DNA of 60,886 nucleotides, the filler included, from Phoronis ovalis (lineage: Eukaryota), in NCBI GenBank assembly GCA_028565635.1. It is 5 parts of 5 records of this genome, joined end to end, with 100 filler letters (N's around TTAATTAATTAA, not from the genome) between each part and the next. Parts side by side here need not be neighbours in the genome. Positions count along the whole stretch, not along the records: positions 1 to 20,509 come from JAOXYB010000005.1; 4 more parts are not named here. One strand, written 5' to 3'. Below the pieces are notes generated by a model. It saw only the letters and a program-made list of their open reading frames with translations, was not told the origin of the DNA and did not search any database. Shown one piece after another: positions 1 through 12,200 of the stretch. Made by a program: the position numbers and the translations under genes. The stretch's first letter is position 1; every line of letters starts with the position of its first letter.

Positions 1-1830
1 TTTGATGTGAACCTGTGAACACCGAGAAATGCTCTTTGAGCTCTATTTTGTACTGATTGTGGTTTAACATATTTTTTTGATACATGTACGTTTTGCACTG
101 AAGCAAATTACCGAAGCTACGTTGATGGTCTGCCAAATGGGAAAACTACAAAGTAAACTGGTTCCCTGTCGAACTTATCATTATCCGAAACACAGGTAAA
201 TTACCGGAATACAGACTGCACGATTTTACTGGAATTGGGTGTTTTTTAGGCAGGTTAGTCTTTCCATAGTATTTTTTTATATATATAGCCTAAGACTATA
301 TAAAAGCTGATACCCTTATACAATAGGCTAGATATCTGTGTTAAAACCCACGATACTTGCATGACAAAAAACGCGTGATTTTAAGAGCTGAAGTGCGAGG
401 CGTACTTTCTTTTTATCAGTCTGAACTGTTGTAAGAAGCTGATATTCTCTTTCTGTTCGCCATTTCGTGTGTTTGTCATTAACCGCAGGAGAACTGCTAT
501 TGTAACTGCCATCTGTAAGTTATGGCAGCCTTCCTGTGACAGGGATTTACGTGGTTTTATTTCTTCAAGTATATTCCAAGGGCGTAGTACAATGTAAGTT
601 GAAAAGAAGTTTGAAACTGTTTGTAATCATTGTTGGGAGTCGATATATATCTTTCTTAACATTTAGAATGCTATGTTCATTTGGATCATGTTATGTTACT
701 TTGGTCTTATATTCTTTCATGTCAGATTTCAGCATTTCCAATCCACATGTGTTCATGTATAAATCATTCCTGTTTCCATACTTAGCTGACTAAAATTATC
801 TAAAAGCTTGTGGCTACCGTCTACAAAAGTAATAGTCCTTAATAGTTCTGCCAAGTGATATCTTTCTTTTATGGACTTATCTGCTCCTAAATACTTAACC
901 ATATTAGTTGGAGTTTGTACGAGCTCTATACCCGCTGTACTCAGCCTGCCCGGTCTTCCTAGAGGAGTTTTACACGCCCAGGGCATTGCTCCGTCTAAAC
1001 AGAACCCATTAATAGTTACATAGTCAAAAAACCAGTCGCCGTTCTCTGAATCGAAATCATTTAAACTTTGTACACCCACTGCAGGCAATGGTGTCTCGCC
1101 TAGGTTTAGCACAAATAGGTTTAACAAATTAGTTAGATTCCGAAAGTACTGTTTATCATGCTTTTCATCTTCGACAAGAATCATGAATTCTAAATCAGAA
1201 TACGGAGTCATTTCTTCTCGAGCTAGAGAACCCAAGCCAACTATGACATTTTTTTGCGGAGCTGGACCAAGGATTACGATAACACTTTTTAAAAATGTTT
1301 CTAATAAATTGCTTCATTCCTTTAGCTATATCATGACATAAGGCTCTTGTATTTTCAGTTATTCTTTTTTCTTGAAGGAGCCGTATATTATCTGCGTCAA
1401 CTATTTTATATATCCGCTTTCCTTCTCGCCATGCTGTTTCAAGTTTCTTAGTGATTCTTAGACGAAAGTGATTAGTATCCGTCTTAAATGTATCACTGGA
1501 AGCCAAAGGAGTTGACATTTTTGCTACCTATGAGATTTAAAAAATCAGTATCATTATGTTTCAAGGTTCATTTTATACCACGTTTCTTCGCGTGTGTGAT
1601 GGGTCGATTTTTTGCGGATTTAAAGAGTGCAGACGCTTTAACAAAGAAACTTGATGCTACATTCATTGTGTCTGATTTTTGTTTAATTTTTTTACAAGCA
1701 AGCCCTCCGATTATAATGTTTTCTTTCAAAATGTCTGCTTCAGTATCTAAGACAGTGTTGCAACCTTTCGCAGCTAGTTCCAATTGTGGGCCCACAGATA
1801 TGAATGTATATTGCGTTCAACAGTTTTAAA
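1..1830 (-). pseudogene. GlnD/DUF294-like (Pol-beta superfamily) nucleotidyltransferase gene, disrupted by frameshifts and stops; runs off the window start
   Basis: Stitching frames gives ...ILGPAPQKNVIVGLGSLAREEMTPYSDLEFMIL (hG-S-x9-D-h-E NTase motif), then GETPLP, GFCLDG..PWACKTPLGR, and below 753 NVKKDIYRLP and AVTIAVLLRL..NGEQKE (helical substrate-binding region). Frameshifts near 1560, 1283, 760 and 575, plus in-frame stops. Boundaries approximate. Confidence 0.75.
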
Positions 1831-1844
1831 TGGATAAGTGTCAT

Positions 1845-2190
1845 TAATACACAGTATCATTAAAAATTCATCTGATGCACAGCGTCTTCAAAAAGATGTC
1901 GACAGACTGGCAACTTAGGGTTAATCTCGAAAAGTGTGAAGCCCTAACTATCACACACAGTTATCACTATTACTAGCTACTGCACTGACTAACTACAATA
2001 ACCACGACCACACTCTAAAGAATGTTACCTCTGCAGATATTTGGATGCACATTTTACAAGAACCTTTCATGTAACGAACATATATCTCACTTGTCCAAGA
2101 AAGCCAACGACTCTGGAATTCTTGAAGAGAAATATTCACTCCTGCAGCACTGCAGCTAAAAGTCAAGCTTACACTGCTCTATGGAGTACT
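1845..2190 (+). mobile_element. Decayed CR1/L2-group LINE fragment (RT C-terminal region)
   Basis: Frame-hopping translation IKNSSDAQRLQKDVDRLA..NLEKCEALTIT..TLKNVTSA..HISHLSKKAN..GILKRNIHSCSTAAKSQAYTAL..EY is typical of the post-RT region of CR1-group LINEs. Confidence 0.75.
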
Positions 2191-3517
2191 TTTGTTTCGG
2201 AAGCGTTTGCTTAGCTTTATAAAAAACTATTGCATGTTATTGTGTTGTAGCACAATGTTTGATGTTTGCTGGCAGCCAAAATATAAATATCATGCATCAA
2301 AATATTTAAGACATTTAACAATTTATCCCTAAAACATTTTAAAAATATTTTTAGTGCACATTTATATGTTATGGTTGAAAAAAATGTTCTTCTTACTTCC
2401 AGTATTAAACGTGTTTCCTTTGAGATAAGTATGCTACAATATTTAGACAACAGAAGGAAAATAGGAGTTCTAATACGAAGCGAAATATTTCACCATACAG
2501 CTGATAGTTCTCGTTTGAATGTAGTATACATCCTTCTTACAAAAATAAATATTATGAGTATCTGCTTACGATAGATAAATGCAAACATTACTTGATATAT
2601 ATTCAATAGTCTGTCACTAAAACATTCAAACATTCCCCAATTCAGAAAGCTTCGTCAGTCGTTCTCGCTTTATTATTATAAAAACAAACTTCTCAGTGTC
2701 AAGATATCCAACATTATATTCTGCAGTTCGTTTGCTGTAATTGCAGATATATCGATAAACTGAAGTAACAAAAAACTAAAAACATAGTCATGTAAAGTGT
2801 AACTTATTTTACCCCGAATCCCATCGTAGTTACCTTAAGTAGTGGATACAACAGATGATTACTTTAGAATTTTGGAAAATGATACACTCTCTCGTTACTT
2901 TTACATACATGAAGTATAAATCCAACTAAATATTAAAGGAAGAAATTTATAGTACAACTAATACACCACAGGCACGATGTTCATGTACAAAACAATAACA
3001 TTTAGTAGGCATCATATCAGAAATAACACACACGTACACTGCAATGCAAGTTAATGTAAAACTGTCAAACGTTTACATGTAGTGTTAACATGACTAATTT
3101 CGAGCCAAGACACTTATAGCAAAAAAAACATCGAACGAAAGCGTATTTACAACTCGTTTAAATTGAAACAATTTGTCCAGTGATTTGAAACCGAATACTT
3201 GACATTTAATAAATCCAAGGCAGCACTGGAGGGTTATATAAGATTCGGGGTGTTAATTATTCCAGAAACATTGATGTATTCGTATCTTCAGCATTCTCAA
3301 AATCGATAGAAAAAAGGCTTAAGTTCTTTTCAGAATGAAAAACAGTTCGACTAAACAAATTCAGCCATTCCTTATTTGTGTTGCAAGTTTAACTGTACTC
3401 CGAGAATTAAGTATTATGTATTTTTTAATTAATATTCAGTTAATATCACTTATTTCTCTGTAGTAAGCATTCCATAATTCATGTTGATGTTTGGTTTGCA
3501 TGAATACTCTATACTTA

Positions 3518-6227
3518 TTAGTCTAGTTCGAATTCAACAATATCTTCAGTCTTTTTATCATTAGGCGCTTCATCATCCTCCTCAACGTCAGCGACACCTA
3601 TGGTTTCCACAGCTATATTTTCTTCTGCAATAAGTTCAAGATGACTATTGCGTATGTGAGGAGTATATTCTTCTGCGACACCTGACATTATATGTTCTTC
3701 GCACTTGAAAATCAAGGGACGCTGAAGGGAGGATGCAAAATGGGATGCAAGTTTTACCGACTTGCCATCACTGAGTATGTGCAGTTGTTCATTCATGTGT
3801 TTATTAGTGTTTCTTAGAATCGATTCCAAGCTTTCACCTTTATTTTTGTATTTCTTGAAATTTTTTACAAAATGTTTAATAAATGGTGTCCCATCTGGAT
3901 CACGGTATGACAGACATCCAGGCAATGTGGAGTAAGCTATTATAAAATCTTCTTCTGCAATTGGTAATAAAACTTCTGCAATAGCTACTGGAGCTTCTGA
4001 TGGCTTTGAGTCAGTGGATGCAGGTGGTTTTAGAATTTCTACAATGGGAAACAAAACAGTTTACTATTATCCAGTCTGAATAAATCCATCCATTAGTGTT
4101 TCGTACCTTCTCAACCAACGTTTAGGTTTAACCTTAGTCAACTGTCGAGATATTTCTTCAATTTAACAGGAGCAAAATCTATACGTCATTAAAATTCTGA
4201 TCCGATCTAAATAAGCTATTCTCTTTTTGTGATTGGCCTATTTTACTAGCTACCCGCTTAGTCCACTGTTATACCCATTATTGTAAGCTGCAATTTGATT
4301 GGCGTCTAGACTTTCGCGGATAATTTATACATAAATAAAGTGATTATCATTCTTCTGCTTTTCCATATAATAAACAGAAATTGACTGTGATTAAGCTCTG
4401 ACGTTGGTTGAGAAGGCACAGAATACTAACGGATATATTTATTTAGACTGACTATTAACCAAAAAATGCCCCTTAAGTTTACAGTTTAAACTACTTCCAC
4501 AACTTTCACCGCAGACAACTTCGTGAAATGCAATGACAATGAGAGATTGTATATACATATAGGTGATCAGTATATTTCAGTGATAATTTATGGGTCCCTG
4601 TCACAGGTGCTCGCGAGTAGTCATAAAAGGAGTGTTCAACGAGACAAACTGACACATCACACAATTATGGGGGAACCTGGGCCTCGGAAAGACTCGGGTG
4701 GGGATGATGATCCTGGTGGAGCAACCATGGTTTGGTTCTTCCCTCGAAATTAATTGAACATGCGTCAAAAATTCCTGTATGTAGTTACTAGTTAATGTAG
4801 TCCTCGCTTTGTAAATGTAGTATTTCGACACTTTCTGTTACAATGATAGGTTCACAATTATTATTCTATTTTGCAAAATTTAAAAATTGTACTTAAAATC
4901 TTATATCAAATTAACTTCTTCTGCGCAGATACCAAAAAACGGTATCAACTGTAAAATTTCATGTAATGGAAGTGTGATTTTCAAAAGATTTTTTTTTTAA
5001 ATTTGAAATTCAAGGACGTTATTCATTTTCGAATAAAGATTTTATAAGGGCATTGTAATTTCAGCAGAGTATTTTATTGTTTAAAATGTTTCTCGTCAAA
5101 TAAGCATCTTTCAAATATTCAGTTGTAAAAAAGAATGTCGGCCCTATTTCATTGATAATGTTTGCATTTCAGTACCTAATATTTTTCGATGACTTAGTAC
5201 TTGAAAGATAAGACAGAGATATGAAGTGTTTTAGTCCCACTCGTATTTTTTTAAAACTAGGTTTTAGGTTGCTAGTATAAAGCTTGCTTCAAAATGTACC
5301 TCTTGAGCGTTTTCCTTGACAAGACACAATAAGGAAAACCTTTGGTTTACCACTCAGCGTTGGACTGTTATGAGTTGTGAACTTTGATGTCAGTTCGATT
5401 AGTGGCACCAATACTCCATCAACACCGTATATTTGACCACTTATTCCATGACTCATAATACAGCAAATGAAGCAGCTGTATAATGAGTGGTTTTCTTTAC
5501 TGTATGACGTCACGCAGTCTCGTATCTCTGTTGAAGTTAAATCCTCAACGGACTGAACTATAAACCCAGTTTCTTCAAACGCAGTGGCCAAAGTAGCTAA
5601 GAAAAGTTTTTTAAAGGTATCAGAAAAAACAGTAAATGAAAACACAGATAGTAGACACAATAAGGTAATCAGCTACAATCATTTTGAAAAGGTCATCAAT
5701 AAAACAGTTTCTTAATCTCTCTCTGTTAATTCGAAGTAAAAATCCATGTTATCGAATAATTCTTGTTATTAATTTGTACTGTACATGTTTAATTGTAGGT
5801 AGTTACAACTGTAACATTTAATAGAACTACAGTCTTTACCAAACGATTTAAAAAGTAACTGAAAACTGTGCATGCAGAAACCTTAGTTCACTGAAGCAGT
5901 TCAGTTCTTAACAGGTAAGTTTCTTCGAGCAATGTTTGGGAAATTTGCATATTGATTTGGGTTACATGAAATTATTGTAGAAGTGGATGGGAAAAATCAA
6001 CGCTGTCAATATTCCAATAGTAAAAATGTACACACCCTGATCTGCATGAGTTCCTTCTCTGTTATCAACATCTGAGCCTGCCCAACTGAAGTCATAATTA
6101 CTAATGATAAGCGCCACGCCGACTGGTTTAGGGCACATTGGGTATGGAATATTGATTGTTGACACGCTTGTTGAAGATTTATCACTCTTTGGACCACGAT
6201 GATCTCCACCAGAACAAACTGGCCAAT
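3518..6227 (-). CDS. Caspase (peptidase C14A) domain exons, caspase-8-like
   Basis: PYPM..KPVGVALIISN.DF...NREGTHADQ|ATLATAFEETGFIV...CFICCIMSHG...IYGVDG...LSGKPKVFLIVSCQG|...EDFIIAYSTLPGCLSYRDPDGTPFI. Catalytic His (SHG) and Cys are present. Confidence 0.93.
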
Positions 6228-9200
6228 CTATTAAATCATACATAAAACTCCTTCTCACATCATGTCTTTTTTGTTAATTTGTATATAAATATCTGTTACA
6301 GTAACAATTCTTTGTCATATTCATTATAAAATATCATTGCTGTGATTTATTTTGCCTATCTACACAAAATCAACTTAAAAAAACTAAAACAATGTGAATT
6401 GGAATTGATATATAATGCCTACACTACTGAACAATACATTTATCGTCTGGTTATTCTATACATATGACATATCTACACAGTGAATATTAGCCAAAAATCG
6501 GTAGACGCAAGTAAAGATTCCTAGAACCTAGAAAAGTCTAGCTAGACGCTATAAAGCCCTTCCTAGAACCTTACAAAATTGCGGTACCTGGAAATGTAGG
6601 AGCTAGCAAATTGTTGGACCTAGAAGTAATCGTTCAACGCTAAAAATGTTTCATAGGTCCTACAATATTGTAGGCGCTAGAATCGAGCATCGATATAGAT
6701 CAGAGTTCAGTTAGACCGCATACGCAAAGGTTTATGTAGAATTTCCTATGGCGACCTCGGTGTAAAGCGGTTTTTGAATATGTCTTTTAATTTTTTTTAA
6801 CGTATGATTCTTCTGGTTATAATTACATTACGATTGTTAAAGTAGCTTGTTAGTAATAATTATCGTTATTAAATAATATATATTAGATTGGACAAATTCC
6901 ACTTATTATATAATTCTTAATTGTTAATCACTAGGTGGCTTAGAATCGTTCTGGTCGATGTCAGAAGTGTAGTGTTTGGGCTTTGTATGTGCCTGCAGGA
7001 TGTACGTTTCAATCTTTTAAAAAAATTCCCGAACCTTAATTTTTCATACCTGTCTTAAATGCATTTTCCAAGAAATACACCCTGTAAACGAATGGTTTTT
7101 CAAAGATACTTTCCAAATTTGAAACAAATGAAGGTAATTCTTTTATAATTGGAATATTGACATTATGAAAATTTCTCAACAGCACTTGTTTTTGCATTTT
7201 TTGTGAAATGTGGCATTTTTAAAAATTTTAAGCATGAACAAATGTTATAATATTATATTCTGATATTTAGTATTTTTGATTATTTAATTTGTTTTAGAGA
7301 AGTGAACTAGAACTAAGAAATATTTTAGTTTTGCTTGAAATTTTTAAAATATCAAATTTTGCATCCAAGGCTGCCATATGCGGTTCTACTAAATTGTGAG
7401 ATGTTTTTGGAATTATATTATTTACAGCAAGTAGATTAAAAGTAAGTTAAAAGCAGTATCACACCACTCAGAAACGACACTGCCACTTCCTAACAGACAT
7501 TTGAATTATGTGAACATTTATTTGAAACAAAACGTATTGAAAAGAATGAAAGAATAACTTTCTGAATAACACTCAAATCACTAAACGTGTACGTGATATT
7601 TACCTTCACAATAATAAACTAAGAAAAAATACTTATTTCACCAAAAAATTATTCAAAACTAAAATAATGAAATTTAGCACTCAACTTAATATTATAACAC
7701 ACTTAAATGGGCAGTAAAGCTGTGTTTAATATTCCAAAATATTGAAATCTCATTAGCACTTGATATCAAGAGGGATAAAAGGATAGCACCGTAAAGTTAA
7801 ATAGATGACACGTATAAACCCGGGGGTACTCAAAGTTTTTTGACTACCGGGATGTGCCGCCAAACCCAATCCAACATTTTAGCTCGTGGTAGCAAACCCA
7901 ATCCAATTTTTTTTAAATTTTAGGGTAGCAATCCAAATTTTGTGAAGTATAAGGGTAACAATCCAAAATTTCAAAATATCTGAGTATAGCAATACATTTT
8001 TACGCAAACTGACTGATACAAACCAAATCCCAAAATTTATTTTTGGATACAAATCTAAAATTAATCCAAATTATTTACTGTAAGCAGTGGGTAGCAATCT
8101 AAATTTGTGAATATCTTTACAGTAGCAATCCAAAAAAATACAGTAAGAAGTATACAATCCAAATCTAAAATTTTAAGATGGAACCTAAATCTATATGCTT
8201 AGTTTACTTCCAATCTGACATAACCTCTTACATGCATTAAACAAGTACTGGCAACAATAGTAAACAAGTCACTTACCTGTTTTTTTACGTACATTTCGGA
8301 TTACTTCGCTTATTTCAGGGTTATTTTGAAGCAGTCTAGTCACCTCATTTAAAGTGCAATCAGTTTCATAAACTAAACATTTAACTGTTCCCAGTTGGCC
8401 TTGCAATACTGCCAAGTCAAGGGCATTACAATATACACTGTTGCGTAAACACCTCTTTTCGACGTTACAACTCGGAACTGTAATCAAATATCTAACAATT
8501 TCAACGTGACCAATTAACGCAGCTATCATTAAAGCAGTATACCCAATTTCGTTTGTTTTATTGACATCGCATCGAGGATGTGTAGCTAAAAGCATAACAA
8601 TCTTGAGATGGTCATTCATGGCAGCCATGTGAAGACCAGTTTTACCATCATTATTTCCTTTGTTTACGTCACAGCCAAATTGAGCAGATAAATATTCAAC
8701 AACGTCAAAATGCCCATTTTTTGCAGCTATTGTTAGTGCAGTACTGCCAAATTTCTTACTTTGTTTGTTTATGTCACAGCCGGGAAGTCCAATTAAATAT
8801 TTGACAATGTCCATATGTCCATTTTGTGCAGCGAGTACAAGAGCAGTGCTGCCATAGTTGATATCGCATTCAGGTAACTTTGCTAAGTATTTTACCACCT
8901 CAATTTCATTTTTATAAGCTGCTAGGTTAATAGGAGTGTCACCGTCAGTATCTGCGATGTTGATATCACATTTCGGATTTGTTGCTAGGCTTTCAACGAC
9001 ATCAGTATTTCCATTGTATGCTGCCAGTGCCAAGGGACACCAGCCAGCCTTGTTTACTTCATTGATATCACATGACGGTATTGATGTTAGATATTTTGTG
9101 ACTCGAACATGGTCCTTTCTTGATGAGCTCATTAATGCGGTGTTACCATAATCGTCAACCTCATTGACATTAAATCCAATTCTGAGCAAACATTTGACAG

Positions 9201-12200
9201 TGTGAAGATGGCCATAGCTTGCAGCCTCTACAAGAGCACTTTGCTGTTTTGTCAGTATTTTTTTAACATTGCATTCTGAAGCTCTGGCTAAATATCTGAC
9301 AACATCAACATGACCTTTTTGTGCAGCCGCAAAAAAGGCTGCACTGATCGCTTCATCAGTAACCTTGGAATTTTTAGCCAGGTACTTGACAACTTCAACA
9401 TGTCCCCTTTTTGATGCCAATGGTAGTGAAATCTGACCACAATTATTTGTTTTTATCGTGTGACATGTACTGTTTGAAGTTATATATTTTAAAATGTCTA
9501 AATTGCCGTTGTAGGCTGCGAGCATGAGAGCCGAGTCACCATCATTATTCGTTTTGTTCATATCACAGGCGGACACGCTTCCCAAGTATTCAACAAGGTT
9601 ACTGTGGCCGTTCTTTGCCGCCAGTATAAATGCAGTATTGCCTTTGTTGTCGACGTGGTTAACATCACCTTGTAATGAAACTAAACATCTGACAACATCT
9701 GTATGTCCATTACTGGCAGCCATTAAGAGTGCAGTTTGACCATATTCATTTTCTTTATTGATTTCACTGTTAGAAAGCTCAGACAACAATCTCACGATAT
9801 CACCATGACCCTTTTGTGCTGCTAACGACAAAGCGGTGTCACCGTTATTGTTTATTATACTCGTAACACATTTCAGTTTTTTTGATAGAAAATGTACAAT
9901 TTGGTAGTGACCATTTTGTGCAGCTAACATTATAGCAGAGTTACCAGATGTTACGTAATTGTCTTTGTTCCATCTTAACATGTTGCGAGGGGAGAATAGG
10001 GTAAAAAAGTTCGGTTTGTCTGTTAGGTTAATGTCACATTCAGGTAAACTGGTTAATATTTCAACAACGTTCATATGCCCATTCTGTGCAGCAAGTAGTA
10101 GGGCACTTTTACGAACTTTATTTGAATGATTGACATCATACTTGTCAAGCAGGAATTCAACAATCCCTCCGTGTCCATTCTTTGCTGCTAGTATTAAGGC
10201 GTTATTGCCATCATAGTTTTCTACCAAGTTATCATAGGAGTGCCTTTCAGTTAGATAGCGCACGATATCAAGATGACCTGTCTGCGAGGCTTCCATAAGA
10301 GCGTTGTTTCCATTAGCGTGGCTTTGTTTGTAAATGTCACCACTGCATACTGAACATAAGTGTTTCACTATGTCTATAAATCCAACATGTGCTGCAAGTA
10401 ACAGCGGACATTTACCAGTTATAGTTGCTTTCTTGAAGTCACAGTCTGCTATTTCAGTTATACTTTTCACAACATTCGCATTGCCACTTTGAATAGCCAG
10501 AAAGAGCGGAGTATTACCGTCGTTATCTTCTTTATTAATATCGCACAATGGGTTTGCAGCGAGATTTTTTACGATAGTACAATGCCCACAGCACGCCGCA
10601 ATGGACAGAGCATCGTTGATTTGATTGGCTTCGTATTCTCCGCTTGCAGTTAGATGATTTACTTCATCATTGTCTCCTTTGAGTACAGCCAATAAAAGGG
10701 AAGTGTCATAGTTACATGCTTGAGGGAATTCACATGTTTTATATTTAGTTACTGAAAGGAGATATTTCATTACATTCACATGGTTCTTGTTTGCTGCCAA
10801 ATAGAGAGCTACATGGATATTCTTGGTTTGTTGATCTACGTTGAAATTATGCAGTTGTGTTAGGCACTTAACGACGTCTGTATGACCCTTTCGACTAGCC
10901 AATAAAGTAGCACTTTCGCCATTAATGTCAACTTTATTAACGTCACAACCAGAGCATGCAGCTAAATAACTTACTACTTTAGTTTGTCCATTTTTTGCAG
11001 CCATCATTAATGCAGATCTGCCAAGTTTATCTTCCTTGTCGATGTCACAACCAGGTATTGCAGTGAGATGTCTGACGGTACCAACATGCCCATTACTAGC
11101 TGCCAGCATAAGAGCAGTGATACCCTCATATTTACAACAAGTATTAGCAACATGAAATAATTTGCAATCAGAAACTGCATTGATGTCAGCACCATAGTCA
11201 ACCAAAATTTCCACTATAGCACAATCTCCATTAGACGCTGCTATCATTAATATAGTTTGGTTAAGTTCATAGTCCCAAACTTCATAATAACATTTTGTGA
11301 TTGTTAATAACATCTTTACATCCTTAATGTTTTTCTCTTTAACGGCTTTTAGCAACCTTGACCTTGCTAAAGTAGGGTATCCTGACTTAATACATTTACA
11401 GATGGGATAATCATCACTTTCGGCAACGAAATTCTTTATCTGAGCTATAAGCGTAAACAAACATGTGTTAAAGCAAACACGAAATAGAATGGCGTTTTCT
11501 GTAGATAGTAAGTTTTTGCATATCTGTAAAATTCAGAATCGTATGCTGTTTGTAACATTGAAAAATGTTGAATCATTTATTATCATCAGTGTGAGTGATG
11601 TAATACCTAGAAAAATTACTAATTTCATAATTTTTTTAATGTGCGTGTTATAAGCATTCGAAATAGCTCCGCATGGACGAATACAATTGAATCGCACTGT
11701 TCATATTATATCTTGCGTAGTGAACAGAATTCAAATTTTAATTTATAAAAATAAAAAATATGAAATATTTGCCATAAAAATGTTTTATTTTGAATGTTTC
11801 CTAAATACATTATTTTGCCATTGTCAAGGTATCAAAACAGTTGGCACATGTTTGCGCTTTGTTTTTGCGCGTGTGAAAGCTTACTGGCACCCGTTTCTGG
11901 ATTTGCTGGTGTCTGTTTCAAAGGGTACTGTGAGAATAGTTACGTGGTATATATTTATACATATTAGTGATGTAAATTCGATTTCGTTACGTGACAGAAC
12001 ATTAACAATAAACTGTGTTATAGAGAAGTAAAAATGACTCACCAATTCTGCCTTGTACATTTTTTCTTCTTTTCATTTCTGTCATCTTCTTGTTTTGCAG
12101 TTCATCTTGAAATTCTGGCATGAACCAAGGCAGAGACATGTACTGTAGATAGGTCGGTATGCTACAAACTGTTTCAACCACAGTAGCAAATGTTTCACAG

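Noticed and set aside
4601..4831. Possible extra Pro/Ser-rich linker exon within the last caspase intron
   Set aside because: It would need a weak GAG acceptor and a GTTCCC donor; the 5300-4038 junction already gives a sensible in-frame caspase.
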